Source: Nibricoccus sp.
GTDB taxonomy: Bacteria > Verrucomicrobiota > Verrucomicrobiia > Opitutales > Opitutaceae
Length of the DNA: 64,000 nucleotides
Direction: 5' to 3'
Assembly (NCBI GenBank): GCA_047602425.1
Contig: JASGHG010000001.1
Span: 4,672,001-4,736,000 of the forward strand
Position numbers and translations under genes: made by a program. Within the stretch, counting starts at the first letter, position 1. The number at the start of each line of letters is the position of its first letter. The notes beneath the pieces were generated by a model. It searched no databases. It was given only the letters and a program-made list of their open reading frames with translations, and was not told the DNA's origin. This document shows, piece after piece, positions 18,756 through 29,411 of the stretch.

Positions 18756-21700
18756 ATGGGGGTATTGCGAAAGATTTCCGACGCCGGCGTTCGCCGACCT
18801 TCATGGGCAGCGTGGGCTGGATTCGCACTTGGATTTGTGTGCAGCGTCGGGTTTGCGTGTTGGGCCGAAGTAAAACGGCAGAATACCGAAAAAACCCGTG
18901 CCTTGGCCATAGTGACCAACCGAGCCCAAGCGCTACAACGAGGAGTCGAACGAGCCATTTCCGTCAACTACACTCTCGAAGCACTTGTTCTGAAAGGGAG
19001 TGGAGACATCGAACAATTCGATAGCACGGCTAAACGCCTTCTTCCCCAATATCCGGGAGTGTCCGCGGTCGGGACCGCTCCTGGCGGTACGGTGACGCAA
19101 GTCTATCCGCTTTCGGGCAACGAAGGCGCGATAGGACACGACATTTTTAAAGATCCCGCGCGTTCCCAAGAAGCCCGCCTCGCTCGGGATACCGGCAAAT
19201 TAACCCTCGCCGGTCCCTTCGAGCTTGTGCAAGGCGGTTTTGGAGCGGTCGCTCGCCTACCCGTGTTCGCCGGCGAAGAAGGCGCCGGAAAATTCTGGGG
19301 TTTTACCTTCGCGGTGCTTCGCATGCCCGATGTTCTCGCGGCTGCACGTATTCATCGGCTGGTCGAACAAGGTTACGACTACGAACTCTGGCGCGTGAAT
19401 CCCACAGGTCAGCGACAGGTGATTGCGGCTTCTTCGAAGGAAAACCTGCGGCGTCCGGTAAACAGCGCCCTGGAGCTTCCAAACGGCCAATGGACTCTCA
19501 GCGTCGCACCCCTGACCGGCTGGTTCGACACCCGCCTTTTAGCCCTAAGGCTTGGGTTGGTACTGGTTTTTTCCCTGATGAGTGCAGCCATAGCGAAACT
19601 TTTCGCCGAAATGAAGCGGAGGGAACTTCATCTCGAAACGCTGGTGACCGAACGCACCGCCGAGGTGAAAACCCGCGAGGAGCAATTGACGCGAGCCCAG
19701 GCGGTGGCACGGGTCGGAAGTTGGGCGGTGGAGTTCGACAGCAACCAGGCGATAGTCCCCGAAAAGACATTCTGGTCCGCCGAAGCACACCGTGTTTTCG
19801 GTGTAGATGGTGGTTCCCCCATGACACTCGAGCAATTTGTGCAACGCGTCCATCCCGACGACCGGCAGATGCTGGTTGAGGCGTGGACCGACTCTCTCAA
19901 GACCGGGGACTATTTTATCGAATTTCGCCTCGAGTCCGCAAATGGCGTACGATGGGTAAGAAGCCGCGGCAAGATGGAACGATTCCCTGATGGCCGGGCG
20001 ATCCGCGGCATCGGAACGGTGGAAGATATCACCGAACAGCGTGCAGCCGAGGCCGCGCGGGTGGAAAGCGAACAACGGTTGCGGCGAGCGGTCATCAACG
20101 CGCCGCTTCCGGTTATGATCCACGCCGAAAATGATGAGGTTCTTTTGCTGAGCGATGCGTGGTTGGAAATCTCCGGCTATGCGGCCGAGGAACTGAAAAC
20201 CGTTTCGGAATGGACCCGGAAAGCTTATGGCGACCGATCGTCCACGATAGAAAAAGAAATCCGGGAACTTTATAGCCTCACAGGAAAGGTTAAGGAAGGT
20301 GAGTTTATCATAAAAACAAGCGCGGGTTCAAACCGGGTCTGGGACTTTATGTCCGCCGGTTTAGGCACCCTGCCCGATGGCAGGCGGTTAGTGATCACCA
20401 TGGCCATGGATGTCACCGAGCGCAAAGAAGCGGAACGGACATTGCGAATCCAGAGCAGCGCTCTGGAAGCGGCGGCAAATGCGATCGCCCTTTTGGACGA
20501 GGTTGGGCGCATCGAATGGGCCAATGCAGCATTCGCTGCCGTGCTCGGACTTTCGCTCGAAGTCATTGTCGGCAAAAGTCTCCCGGGCATGACCTATTTT
20601 GAGGAACTCGATCCAAATTTCTTTCGAGAGTTTGGACCCAGGATGCAAGGCAAGCAGGTGTGGAACGGCGAGGTGGCCAATCAACAAAAGGGCGTTGGGC
20701 GCGCCGTGCACGACGTGATGATTACCCCCGTTTTGCGAGCCGGTGAACCTGGTTACTTTATCGTGGTGATGCAGAATATAACCAGGCGCAAGATACTAGA
20801 GGAGCAATTGCGTCAGTCGCAGAAAATGGATGCAGTCGGTCAGCTTGCGGGCGGCATTGCCCACGACTTCAACAATGTACTCGCGTCCGTTCTGCTCCAA
20901 CTCGGACTAGTGCAGGATCAACCTGGCCTCGATCCGGCGATTCGCGGAGTTTTTCGCGATCTCGAAAAAGAAATCCAACGTGGAGCAAATTTGACACGGC
21001 AGTTACTCGCCTTCAGTCGGCAACAGGCGATGGAGACCAAGGCTATTCGGCTGGACCAATTGCTCAATGGACTGGTCAGTATGCTGCGACGGCTTCTCGG
21101 TGAGAACATCGCGATCGAATGCGATTTTCCTCGTGACACTCCGCTCGTCGATGCCGATCCGGGGATGATCGAACAGGTGGCGATAAATCTTTGCGTCAAC
21201 GCGCGCGATGCCATGCCGCAAGGTGGACGACTACTGTTGCGCACGAGGGCCGTCGAAGCCTCGCCCCAGAATATCGCTTACACAAGCGACGCACGGTCCG
21301 GCCGTTTTGTTTGTCTCGACGTCACAGATACAGGTTGCGGCATGGACAGTGCCACGATCGAAAGAATATTCGAACCGTTCTTTACCACTAAATCGATCGG
21401 CAAGGGAACAGGTCTGGGACTGGCCACGGTTTATGGGATCGTCAAACAACATGGAGGCTGGGTGGAGGTGGACAGCACGGTGGGCAAAGGTTCTGTCTTT
21501 CGCGTGTATTTACCGGCGGCTCAAGAATCGCAGATGCCAGCCGCCGCCGCCGCTGCTCCGGTACCACGCGGACACGGACAAACTATTCTCGTCGTCGAAG
21601 ATGAACCGGCCGTTCGCAAGATGTTTGGCCAGATTCTGACGCAATACGGATACCACGTTATCGAAACCGAATCTGGACCGCGCGCACTGGAGGAATGGGG

Positions 21701-21953
21701 CAAGCAGACAACGTCAATCGATTTGCTGGTCTCAGATATGGTTATGCCGGGCGGCATGGACGGTGTGCAGCTGGCGACCGCGCTGCGAGCTAGAAAGCCG
21801 GACTTGAAAGTAATACTTTGCACCGGCTACAGCACGACTGTTCTCGGTGCTGGAGAGCTTTCACAGCGGGACATTGTACTTTTGCGGAAGCCCATAGCCA
21901 TGCAGGATCTGTTGCGGGCGGTAGGTCGGAAGTTAGCAAATGAGAAAAACTAG
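18756..21953 (+). CDS. CHASE-domain, multi-PAS hybrid histidine kinase/response regulator
   Basis: TM-CHASE (VYPLSGNEGAIGHD...LAGPFELVQGG)-TM, three PAS/PAC-like units, H-box AGGIAHDFNN, G-box GKGTGLGL and C-terminal REC (ILVVEDE...DMVMPG). Confidence 0.9.
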   Translation: MGVLRKISDAGVRRPSWAAWAGFALGFVCSVGFACWAEVKRQNTEKTRALAIVTNRAQALQRGVERAISVNYTLEALVLKGSGDIEQFDSTAKRLLPQYPGVSAVGTAPGGTVTQVYPLSGNEGAIGHDIFKDPARSQEARLARDTGKLTLAGPFELVQGGFGAVARLPVFAGEEGAGKFWGFTFAVLRMPDVLAAARIHRLVEQGYDYELWRVNPTGQRQVIAASSKENLRRPVNSALELPNGQWTLSVAPLTGWFDTRLLALRLGLVLVFSLMSAAIAKLFAEMKRRELHLETLVTERTAEVKTREEQLTRAQAVARVGSWAVEFDSNQAIVPEKTFWSAEAHRVFGVDGGSPMTLEQFVQRVHPDDRQMLVEAWTDSLKTGDYFIEFRLESANGVRWVRSRGKMERFPDGRAIRGIGTVEDITEQRAAEAARVESEQRLRRAVINAPLPVMIHAENDEVLLLSDAWLEISGYAAEELKTVSEWTRKAYGDRSSTIEKEIRELYSLTGKVKEGEFIIKTSAGSNRVWDFMSAGLGTLPDGRRLVITMAMDVTERKEAERTLRIQSSALEAAANAIALLDEVGRIEWANAAFAAVLGLSLEVIVGKSLPGMTYFEELDPNFFREFGPRMQGKQVWNGEVANQQKGVGRAVHDVMITPVLRAGEPGYFIVVMQNITRRKILEEQLRQSQKMDAVGQLAGGIAHDFNNVLASVLLQLGLVQDQPGLDPAIRGVFRDLEKEIQRGANLTRQLLAFSRQQAMETKAIRLDQLLNGLVSMLRRLLGENIAIECDFPRDTPLVDADPGMIEQVAINLCVNARDAMPQGGRLLLRTRAVEASPQNIAYTSDARSGRFVCLDVTDTGCGMDSATIERIFEPFFTTKSIGKGTGLGLATVYGIVKQHGGWVEVDSTVGKGSVFRVYLPAAQESQMPAAAAAAPVPRGHGQTILVVEDEPAVRKMFGQILTQYGYHVIETESGPRALEEWGKQTTSIDLLVSDMVMPGGMDGVQLATALRARKPDLKVILCTGYSTTVLGAGELSQRDIVLLRKPIAMQDLLRAVGRKLANEKN

Positions 21954-22296
21954 GCGAACCCCTGGTTTTCTGAAACAACTTGCCCCTAGTTGTTGGATCG
22001 ATGTTTTTCGCGACCCTCGGGTAAGCCGCTCGTGGAAGTTGAGCGTGACGAATACACCCTTACGGTTGCACCACTCTTCTCAAGGAGAGAGCAACTTTCA
22101 TCCCGCAAATCGATTGTGCCACTGGCTTGACCACTTGCCACTACTCGGTTCTCGCCCTGCTTAATACCTTGCGCCGTCCATTTTTTCTGCTTCGGCGATG
22201 ACATCCGAGGGGAGATTTCATGATTCGTGTCGAAACTTTACGATTGCCGAGAAGACGGCGTGCTGCACGTTGGCAACCGCGCAAGCTACATCCACT

Positions 22297-22386
22297 GGAG
22301 AGGTGGCAGAGTGGTCTATTGCGGCGGTCTTGAAAACCGCTGAGCCCGCAAGGGTTCCGAGGGTTCGAATCCCTCCCTCTCCGCCA
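22297..22386 (+). tRNA. tRNA-Ser(TGA)
   Basis: GGAGAGG acceptor stem, anticodon arm gcggt-cttgaaa-accgc, long variable arm, GGTTCGAATCC T-loop and encoded CCA. Confidence 0.96.
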
Positions 22387-22431
22387 GCTTTGATGGCAAA
22401 AAGCGGGCTTAAGCCGGACGTCAATCGGCTG

Positions 22432-24021
22432 TCATTTCCCGGCAGAAACCGGGGTTTGTTCGTGAGGCACGAGATGCAGGCGTGTTTTTAGGAGTTCAAA
22501 TGCGCGTCCGCGAAATACGATTGCGTCGCTACTTTCGCTGGCGAGCGCGGTGCCCGACCAGACGCCGTCGGCGATCAATGCTTGATCCAAAACAGTGCCG
22601 GCAGGGAATTTTTCGGTCGTGCCGTCGCCATATTCGACTTGGACGGATCCGCTTTGGATAAAGAAATACCCGCGGGGTTTTTCGCCTCGTTCGAAAAGCG
22701 GCTCGCCGGCCTCCAAATGGATGGAGCGCAAAAGATCCTCAGGCGGGGGCGATACAACGCTAATATCGCGCGGGAAAAACAGTTCGAAGGTCCAGTCGAC
22801 AATGACCCGCAGGCGTCGCAAGGCCCCTGGAAGTTTCGCCAGATAAATGGTCCGCCACAGCCACCACGCGATAAATCCGCTGAAATGCAGGCCGAGGATC
22901 TCGGCTACGGCCGCGCGTTTACCAACCGTCGCGAGCTGGCCCAGATATTTGTAACGAAATGGCTGCGGTGCTCCGTTTCCCCGCAACACGCGCGCGAGGT
23001 TTTGGCCAAGCTGTTTCCCTTGTCGCAAGGCAAATTGCGATGTCGGCGGCGAGGTTTTTTCGGTTCCCGTGGCGTCTTTCCACGGCACCGCCGCGCAATC
23101 GCCAGCAGACCAGAGATTATTTTGGCCGCGAACCTGCATGGTAGATTCGACCACGATGCGTCCTTTCAATGTTTCGAGATTAAGTTGACGGCAAAGATCG
23201 AGCGTGACCGGGCTCGGCGCGTTGCCGATCGAAGAGACAACGGTGTGGGCTTCGATGAACGAACCGTCATCGAGAAGTAATTTGCGCGCGGTTACTTCAA
23301 CGACGCGCGCATCGAGTCGGATTTCCATGCCGCGCCGGCGAAGGACACGCAGTGCGTAGTCTCCCAACTTGTCTCCGATTTCCGGCAACAAATGCGGTCC
23401 CGCATGCACCAGGGCGACGCGCAATTTTTCGGTTCTTAGATTGGAATAAAATTGTTTTGCCTCGTGCAGGAAATCGAAAATTTGTCCCGCCGTCTCCACG
23501 CCCGTATAACCACCGCCAACCACCACGAAACTCAGGAGCCGCGCGCGCACGGCGTTGTCCTCGACGAGATTTGCCTCTTCCAAACGGTTGATCAACGCAG
23601 AGCGAAGGCGCAAGGCGTCGGCCACGGTTTTCATCGGCCAGCCGTAATCCGCCATGCCAGGTACACGCGAAAGATCGGTCACGCTGCCCAGTGTCAGCAC
23701 AAGATGATCGAAACCGACCAAATGATTCCGGGTAAAACGTCCACCATCGAGCGAAAGTTGTCTTTTTGCCCAGTCGATATGTTGGATGTTACCCTGCAGC
23801 ACATTCACATTTCGGCAAAAAAGCCGCAAAGGATTCACGACATCGGCAGCCGCCAGCGCGGCTCCGGCAACTTCGGGCAGCATGGGTTGAAAAATGAAGA
23901 CGTTGCGTTCGGCGATCAACGCCACGCGGCGCACGCCGTCCGGACCCAAAGCCCGCCCGAGGGCGCGCGCGCAATATGCCCCGGCAAAACCACCACCAGC
24001 GATGACGACATCGAATTTCAT
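22432..24021 (-). CDS. Type II NADH dehydrogenase-like FAD oxidoreductase with C-terminal cNMP-binding-like domain
   Basis: VVIAGGGFAG and VVVGGGYTGVETAG Rossmann motifs, WSAGDCA, AWWLWRTIYL; tail LEAGEPLFERGE...FFIQSGSVQV resembles a cNMP-binding domain. Confidence 0.85.
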   Translation of the reverse strand: MKFDVVIAGGGFAGAYCARALGRALGPDGVRRVALIAERNVFIFQPMLPEVAGAALAAADVVNPLRLFCRNVNVLQGNIQHIDWAKRQLSLDGGRFTRNHLVGFDHLVLTLGSVTDLSRVPGMADYGWPMKTVADALRLRSALINRLEEANLVEDNAVRARLLSFVVVGGGYTGVETAGQIFDFLHEAKQFYSNLRTEKLRVALVHAGPHLLPEIGDKLGDYALRVLRRRGMEIRLDARVVEVTARKLLLDDGSFIEAHTVVSSIGNAPSPVTLDLCRQLNLETLKGRIVVESTMQVRGQNNLWSAGDCAAVPWKDATGTEKTSPPTSQFALRQGKQLGQNLARVLRGNGAPQPFRYKYLGQLATVGKRAAVAEILGLHFSGFIAWWLWRTIYLAKLPGALRRLRVIVDWTFELFFPRDISVVSPPPEDLLRSIHLEAGEPLFERGEKPRGYFFIQSGSVQVEYGDGTTEKFPAGTVLDQALIADGVWSGTALASESSDAIVFRGRAFELLKTRLHLVPHEQTPVSAGK

Positions 24022-24308
24022 AGAGCACGATGACCGATGTTCCGCGCCACGCAATTGCGGGAATCATTCTTTTGCAGGTGGCATGTGGTCGCGCTCGGAT
24101 CGATTCCGTGAAGATATAGATAGCGTCGAGTTTGGGAAAAGGGGCTTCCCCTACTCGCCTGCACGGAATTTTTCCGGCCGCTGGATCCGGGAATTTCGAT
24201 TTAGAGATAGGGAATTGACCGGCTGCAGCCGCAGGAACCGTTTCCCACGTGGAATGTCCCTTACCGAGTTCGTTTTTTGGCGGTCCACACCAATCCATTT
24301 CCACGAAA

Positions 24309-24947
24309 ATGTCCTCTTCGTCGTCAGCGCTCCTCACCTGCCCTTTGTGCGGCCAGCACCATCAACCGGTGGCGCTCGCCGCGGGAGAACGGGCGCTTTG
24401 TTTTCGTTGCGACACCGTGCTGGCCAGAGGTCCGCGATTTGGCCGGAACACCACACTGGTATTTGCATTGACCGGGCTGGTTCTGGCTGGGCCGGCGCTC
24501 TTTCTGCCGTTTATCACCGCCGGAAAATTTGGGCAGGAACGCGGTGGTTTATTGTTCTCCGGTGTGGAGGGACTTTGGGATCACGGCATGCGGCTGCTTT
24601 CGGTCTGGGTGCTCATCTGCGGAATTGTCGCCCCGATGATTCTGCTGGGAATCCTGACGGCCCTGCTGGCGTGCGCACATATGAAATGGCGGCAAAGAAG
24701 CGGCGTTTTTTTGGTCCGCGCCGCGCATGCCGTCGCGTATTGGGCCATTCCGGAAGTGCAGGTGCTCGCCGTGCTTGTGGCTCTGATGAAACTGGGCTCG
24801 GTCGTGCATGTCACGATTGGCGCTGGCTTTTGGTTTTATTCCGGCATGGCTGTTTCAGTTCTCGTCGCGTGGCGCAGTTTCACGCTGAGTCAGCCGGTAT
24901 TTGCTCCGGAAGAAATGCCGTCCAATTCGCAACCGACAAACGCATGA
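24309..24947 (+). CDS. pqiA: Paraquat-inducible protein A family, N-terminal half
   Basis: CPLCG...CFRCDTVL Zn-ribbon, then TM helices and WAIPEVQVLAVLVALMKL. Confidence 0.82.
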   Translation: MSSSSSALLTCPLCGQHHQPVALAAGERALCFRCDTVLARGPRFGRNTTLVFALTGLVLAGPALFLPFITAGKFGQERGGLLFSGVEGLWDHGMRLLSVWVLICGIVAPMILLGILTALLACAHMKWRQRSGVFLVRAAHAVAYWAIPEVQVLAVLVALMKLGSVVHVTIGAGFWFYSGMAVSVLVAWRSFTLSQPVFAPEEMPSNSQPTNA

Positions 24948-25483
24948 AACGTCGCTATCCCCATCTTCGTTCGGAAAGGCTTTCGAATGCCGTGGCTTTT
25001 GCGCTTGCCGCCACGGTGATGCTTTTGCCGGCAAATCTTCTGCCGATTTTGACCACACAGACGTCGGGTGCGGCCCGCACCGATACCATTTTCTCAGGTA
25101 TAATCGAGCTCTGGCGTCAGGGGCTGGGGGTCATCGCGATCATCGTATTCCTCGCCAGCATCGTCATTCCGATCATGAAACTAGTCGGACTCGGCTGGCT
25201 CATTTTTAAGGCGCATCGCGGTGCAGGACGGCAGGCCCGCGAACTCACGCGCCTTTATGCAGCGCTGGATTTTATCGGCCGCTGGTCGATGCTCGATGTC
25301 TTTCTCGTCGCGTTTCTCTCGGGCGTCGTCCAATTCGGCGCCTTTTCCAACGTCCAGCCGCGCGAGGGCATCGTCGCTTTCGCGATGGCGGTCGTACTTA
25401 CGGTCCTCGCCACCCACGCCTTCGATCCGCGCGTACTTTGGCGCGAACATTCCACGTCCCTGCCGCCAGTTTCCAAATCATGA
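24944..25483 (+). CDS. pqiA: Paraquat-inducible protein A family, C-terminal half
   Basis: PANLLPI, DTIFSGIIELW, IGRWSMLDVF and AFDPRVLW motifs; ATGA overlap with the upstream gene. Confidence 0.85.
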   Translation: MKRRYPHLRSERLSNAVAFALAATVMLLPANLLPILTTQTSGAARTDTIFSGIIELWRQGLGVIAIIVFLASIVIPIMKLVGLGWLIFKAHRGAGRQARELTRLYAALDFIGRWSMLDVFLVAFLSGVVQFGAFSNVQPREGIVAFAMAVVLTVLATHAFDPRVLWREHSTSLPPVSKS

Positions 25484-26400
25484 ACGCCGCTCCCGAACCA
25501 ATCCCCAAAGTCAGCCGCACGCGCAGCTTTTCTCTCGTGTGGGTGGTGCCCCTGGTCGCGATCGCGGTCGGTGGCTGGATGGGTTTTCGCGAACTGAAAA
25601 ATCGCGGCCCGGAAATTACAATCGATTTTGCGGACGGGTCTGGCATCACTGCGGACAAAACGGTGCTCGAACACAAAGGCGTCTCCGTCGGCACCGTCAC
25701 CGCGGTTGAGTTGAAGCCTGGGCTCGACGGCGTGACGGTGCGCGTGCGCCTCGATCGCTCCGCGGCGGCCCTGGCCCGCGAGGGTTCGCAATTCTGGATC
25801 GTGCATCCCGAAATCGGCCTGTCCGGTATTCGCGGGCTTGATACATTGATTACGGGAGCCCGGCTGAATGTGCGGCCGGGAAAAGGTCCGCCCGCCAATC
25901 GGTTTACAGGAATGGTGAAAGCCCCGCCGCCCGAAACTCCTGAACAGGGAAAAACGTTCACGCTCCTGTCGGATCACCTCGGGTCGCTGACGACCGGCGC
26001 CGCGGTTTTTTATCGCGAAATGAAGGTCGGCGCCGTAGAAACCAGCCGGATGGCTGACGATGCCACGAGTGTTCTCATTCGTATCCACATAGCGGCCCCT
26101 TACGCGGACCTCGTTCGAACCAACACCCGCTTTTGGAATTCGGGAGGCTTTTCCTTCAAGGTCGGTTTGCTAGGCGCGGAACTTAAAAATACATCGCTTG
26201 AATCCCTCGTCGCAGGCGGCGTTGCCTTTGCCACGCCAGAAGGAGGCAAAGAAGGTTTAGCTCCGCTTGCGCCGGAGGGAACGGTATTTCAGATTGTAGC
26301 CGAACCGGACAAAGAATGGCTCAAGTGGGCTCCTAAAATTCCGATCAAAGCCCCGGAAATCGTGTCGGAGCCAAAACAAACGGTCGCCAAGGAAAAATAG
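25480..26400 (+). CDS. pqiB: PqiB/MlaD (MCE) family protein with two MCE-like domains
   Basis: VWVVPLVAI..GGW, GPEITIDF, FWIVHP...GLDTLITG, GSL..GA.VFYR...VG.V and TRFWNSGG motifs. Confidence 0.82.
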   Translation: MNAAPEPIPKVSRTRSFSLVWVVPLVAIAVGGWMGFRELKNRGPEITIDFADGSGITADKTVLEHKGVSVGTVTAVELKPGLDGVTVRVRLDRSAAALAREGSQFWIVHPEIGLSGIRGLDTLITGARLNVRPGKGPPANRFTGMVKAPPPETPEQGKTFTLLSDHLGSLTTGAAVFYREMKVGAVETSRMADDATSVLIRIHIAAPYADLVRTNTRFWNSGGFSFKVGLLGAELKNTSLESLVAGGVAFATPEGGKEGLAPLAPEGTVFQIVAEPDKEWLKWAPKIPIKAPEIVSEPKQTVAKEK

Positions 26401-26636
26401 CACTCGTCGTCATCGAGCGTAGGGATGTTTACGCAACAATACGACTGATCTAAAACAAGGTGCCTCTTACAACGTGAGTCCAGCCATTATCGGCCGACGA
26501 TCAGACGAATACCGCGCGCACGATTCTGCCATTGTTTTCACCTCGGAAATTCGGCCCGCGCCCCTTGAAGGTCGCTGCAACGAGGCGTAAATTTCACGAT
26601 CCAGTTTTTCTCATAAAACCCAACGAAAGGATTCCC

Positions 26637-27377
26637 ATGTTAAAGACATTAAAATCAATGAGAGACTGTACTCTGTCCGCCCGAGACGGAGAAATCGGCA
26701 TGGTACGTGACGTCTTTTTTGACGATGAGCATTGGATGGTCAGATATTTTGTGGTCAACACCTCGAGCTGGCTCGTCGGGCGCAAGGTATTGATCCTGCC
26801 GCATTCGCTGCGAGGTATCGATAATTTCAATCGCACGCTGGCCGTGGATCTGACCCGTGAGCAGATAAAAAAGAGTCCGGATATCGACACGCACCAACCG
26901 ATGTCCCGCGCTCAGGAACTGCGTTATCACCGCTATTTCGGCTTCCCTATCTATTGGGGCGGCATTGCCGGTGAGGCGTCCGTGCCAATCCCCGCCATTC
27001 CCGAACCACAATATCCTCCCAAGGAAGATGTGCCGGGCGAGTCGGAGGAATCGCATCTGCGCAGCGCCCGCGAACTCGAGGGCTATCATGTGGAAGCAAA
27101 CGACGGCCCGATGGGTCATGTCACCGAGCTGTTGATCGCGCCGGAGGATTGGCGCATTGCCTATCTGGTCCTTAAAACCAAAGATTGGTTGCCGGGCAAA
27201 ACCGTGGTCGTCCCCACGCATTCTTTTAGGAATGTAAACTGGTTCGACCGCACGATCAAGGTTGCGCTCGATCGTTCCGAAATTGAAGCGGCCCCCGAAT
27301 TCAATCTTCCAGATCTCGAAAACGGCATGCTGGCTGAAAAGTTGCAGCACCACTTCGGTGCTTATCATCGTTCCTAA
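26637..27377 (+). CDS. Tandem PRC-barrel domain protein
   Basis: Two repeats, ARDGEIGMVRDVFFDDEHWMVRYFVV..WL.GRKVLI and ANDGPMGHV..LLI..EDWRIAYLV..WLPGKTVVV. Confidence 0.85.
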   Translation: MLKTLKSMRDCTLSARDGEIGMVRDVFFDDEHWMVRYFVVNTSSWLVGRKVLILPHSLRGIDNFNRTLAVDLTREQIKKSPDIDTHQPMSRAQELRYHRYFGFPIYWGGIAGEASVPIPAIPEPQYPPKEDVPGESEESHLRSARELEGYHVEANDGPMGHVTELLIAPEDWRIAYLVLKTKDWLPGKTVVVPTHSFRNVNWFDRTIKVALDRSEIEAAPEFNLPDLENGMLAEKLQHHFGAYHRS

Positions 27378-27543
27378 CGGGTTCTGCTTGTCGCGGCACC
27401 GCGCTGTACGGGCCCGACGTTGTCTGAGTCATTCGTTTATCCGGCCTCGCTGGCCGGGTAAACGATCGCTCCGAAAATACCGGGGACAAAAAATGGGCTT
27501 CGCCCCGATACCTCCGCCCCGGCCTCCGCATTAAAGTAAGCGG

Positions 27544-27909
27544 ATGAAAAAAATTTCGACCAACGTTCCCGCTCCTGCCTCGACCGAAACTCCACAAGCG
27601 GAGCCTTCGCAGGATGAAATCGCCCGGCGTGCCCATGAGCTATGGCTTCAGGATGGTTGCCCTACTGGCCGCGCTATTTACCACTGGCATGAAGCCGAGC
27701 GCCAGTTGAAGAAGGACCGAGTTCCGTCCTCTACTAAGCAGACTCAATCGCCGCAAAAAGATCGCTCGCTCACTTCGCTGGCAGACGACTCGTCTCCATT
27801 CAACGCGATGGAAGAGGATGCGCCACTTAGCGTGAAAGTTGAACGCAACCTAGCGAAAACAAGTATTAAGTCCACGCCGGCCAGCGGCGGCTCGGTGAAC
27901 GTCGATTGA
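27544..27909 (+). CDS. DUF2934 domain protein
   Basis: EIARRAHELWLQDGCPTGRAIYHWHEAERQL matches the DUF2934 pattern. Confidence 0.8.
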   Translation: MKKISTNVPAPASTETPQAEPSQDEIARRAHELWLQDGCPTGRAIYHWHEAERQLKKDRVPSSTKQTQSPQKDRSLTSLADDSSPFNAMEEDAPLSVKVERNLAKTSIKSTPASGGSVNVD

Positions 27910-27970
27910 TTCACGAAAGCCCGGTGCGTGCGGGCTCCTCTCAGCGGACAACGGCCGGAGAAGACGACCC

Positions 27971-29191
27971 ATGCGAGCCGAACCACGACTTACCGCCCCC
28001 ACCACCAGTCAGCCCGCTCGAATCGTTCGACGCGTGCGTTCCTGGCCGCGTCGCGTGGTGGTCACGATTAGTGTGGTGGCGTTGGTTTTGCTCGTCGCAC
28101 GGATTGCGCTGCCCTACGTGGTGAAACATCAGGTGAACATCCGGCTTTCGCGCATTCCCGGATACACGGGCGGCGTCGACGATATCGGAATTCATCTCTG
28201 GCGAGGCGCCTATTCGTTGCACGAGTTCCGCATTTTAAAGAGCAACGGCCGGTTGCAGGAACCGTTTTTCCGGGCGAAGAAAATCGATTTTTCCATCGCG
28301 TGGCGCGAATTGTGGCACGGCAAGATCGTGAGCGATATTAAAATCGACGAAGGCCAGCTCATCTTCGTGCAAGGGCCGAGCAAAGAGGAAAGTCAAAATG
28401 ACCTGGATCGACGGTGGCAGGATACGATTACAGATATATTTCCCATCGATATCACTCGTCTTGTGATCAAAGACGGCTTGTTGCGCTATCGAAATACCAC
28501 CCACAAGCCCACCGTCGACGTGTTTGTCACGCATATGCGCGCAACGGCGACGGGCCTGCGCAACCGTCCGGGCGAAGCGAAAAGCGGCGAATTTCCCGCC
28601 CAGATCGACATCGAGGGCGAGAGCCTTGGAGGTGGAAAGCTAAACCTTTCGCTATCGGCAGAGCCGCTCGCGGACCGGCCCCATTTTCAGCTCAGCCTGA
28701 AACTCGACGAGGTCGATCTCACCTCCCTGAATGAAACGCTCAAGGCTTACATCAAGGCCGACGTATCGCGCGGCACGTTTCGTTTGGTGGGCGAAATGGC
28801 CGGCCGCGATGGTGGTTTTCAGGGTTACGTGAAACCGTTTTTCGAAAATCTCGATTTTAAGAACGTCGAGGATAAGGACAAAAGCGTGGGCGAGCGGGTT
28901 TGGCAAAGCGTCGTCGCCGCGACGGCTTGGGTGGTAAAAGACAAATCGCGCGATCAAGTCGCCACCCGCATTCCCTTCGAGGGAAGGTTCGGCGACGCAA
29001 AAGTTGGTCTGCTGGCCACGATCGGTAATTTATTCCGGCACGGATTTGTCCGTGCGTTTAATCCCACAATCGAAGGTTCGGTTCACGCCGACGAAGTATC
29101 GCCGGATGGAAAAACCAAAGAGGAAAACGAAAAACGGGAAACGACGCTCGACGAAAATCTGAAAAGAAGCGAGCGCCCCGGCGTGCACTGA
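27971..29191 (+). CDS. DUF748 domain (AsmA-like) protein
   Basis: N-terminal TM followed by RIALPYVV...GYTG.VDDI.IHLWRGAY, GYVKPFF and DQVATRIPFEG; recalled family pattern. Confidence 0.7.
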   Translation: MRAEPRLTAPTTSQPARIVRRVRSWPRRVVVTISVVALVLLVARIALPYVVKHQVNIRLSRIPGYTGGVDDIGIHLWRGAYSLHEFRILKSNGRLQEPFFRAKKIDFSIAWRELWHGKIVSDIKIDEGQLIFVQGPSKEESQNDLDRRWQDTITDIFPIDITRLVIKDGLLRYRNTTHKPTVDVFVTHMRATATGLRNRPGEAKSGEFPAQIDIEGESLGGGKLNLSLSAEPLADRPHFQLSLKLDEVDLTSLNETLKAYIKADVSRGTFRLVGEMAGRDGGFQGYVKPFFENLDFKNVEDKDKSVGERVWQSVVAATAWVVKDKSRDQVATRIPFEGRFGDAKVGLLATIGNLFRHGFVRAFNPTIEGSVHADEVSPDGKTKEENEKRETTLDENLKRSERPGVH

Positions 29192-29411
29192 GCAGTCCGC
29201 AAGAGAACGCGGCGGAGTTCCCATGCGGGAGGTGAAATTCCTAGGTTTTTGGGCCGTACAATACGTATTTTCCACATGACTTTGAGAGGAAGACGAAGCC
29301 CAGCATAGGGAATTTTCCCATACGTGACAAAAAACACTCCCGGATGGTTGCGATTAGCGCGGGCATGGGTGAATTCCGCGGCATATTCCCCATCCTCCGG
29401 CGGGAAAATTT

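Noticed and set aside
22297..22431. tRNA-Ser as integration site of a genomic island carrying the CIS
   Set aside because: No integrase nearby, and I saw no duplicated tRNA 3' end in the window; cannot be excluded beyond the edge.
23894..24943. 529-aa ORF 23894-25483 as a single protein
   Set aside because: Only the part from ATG 24944 is PqiA-like; the upstream part overlaps the ndh-like gene and the first pqiA half in other frames.
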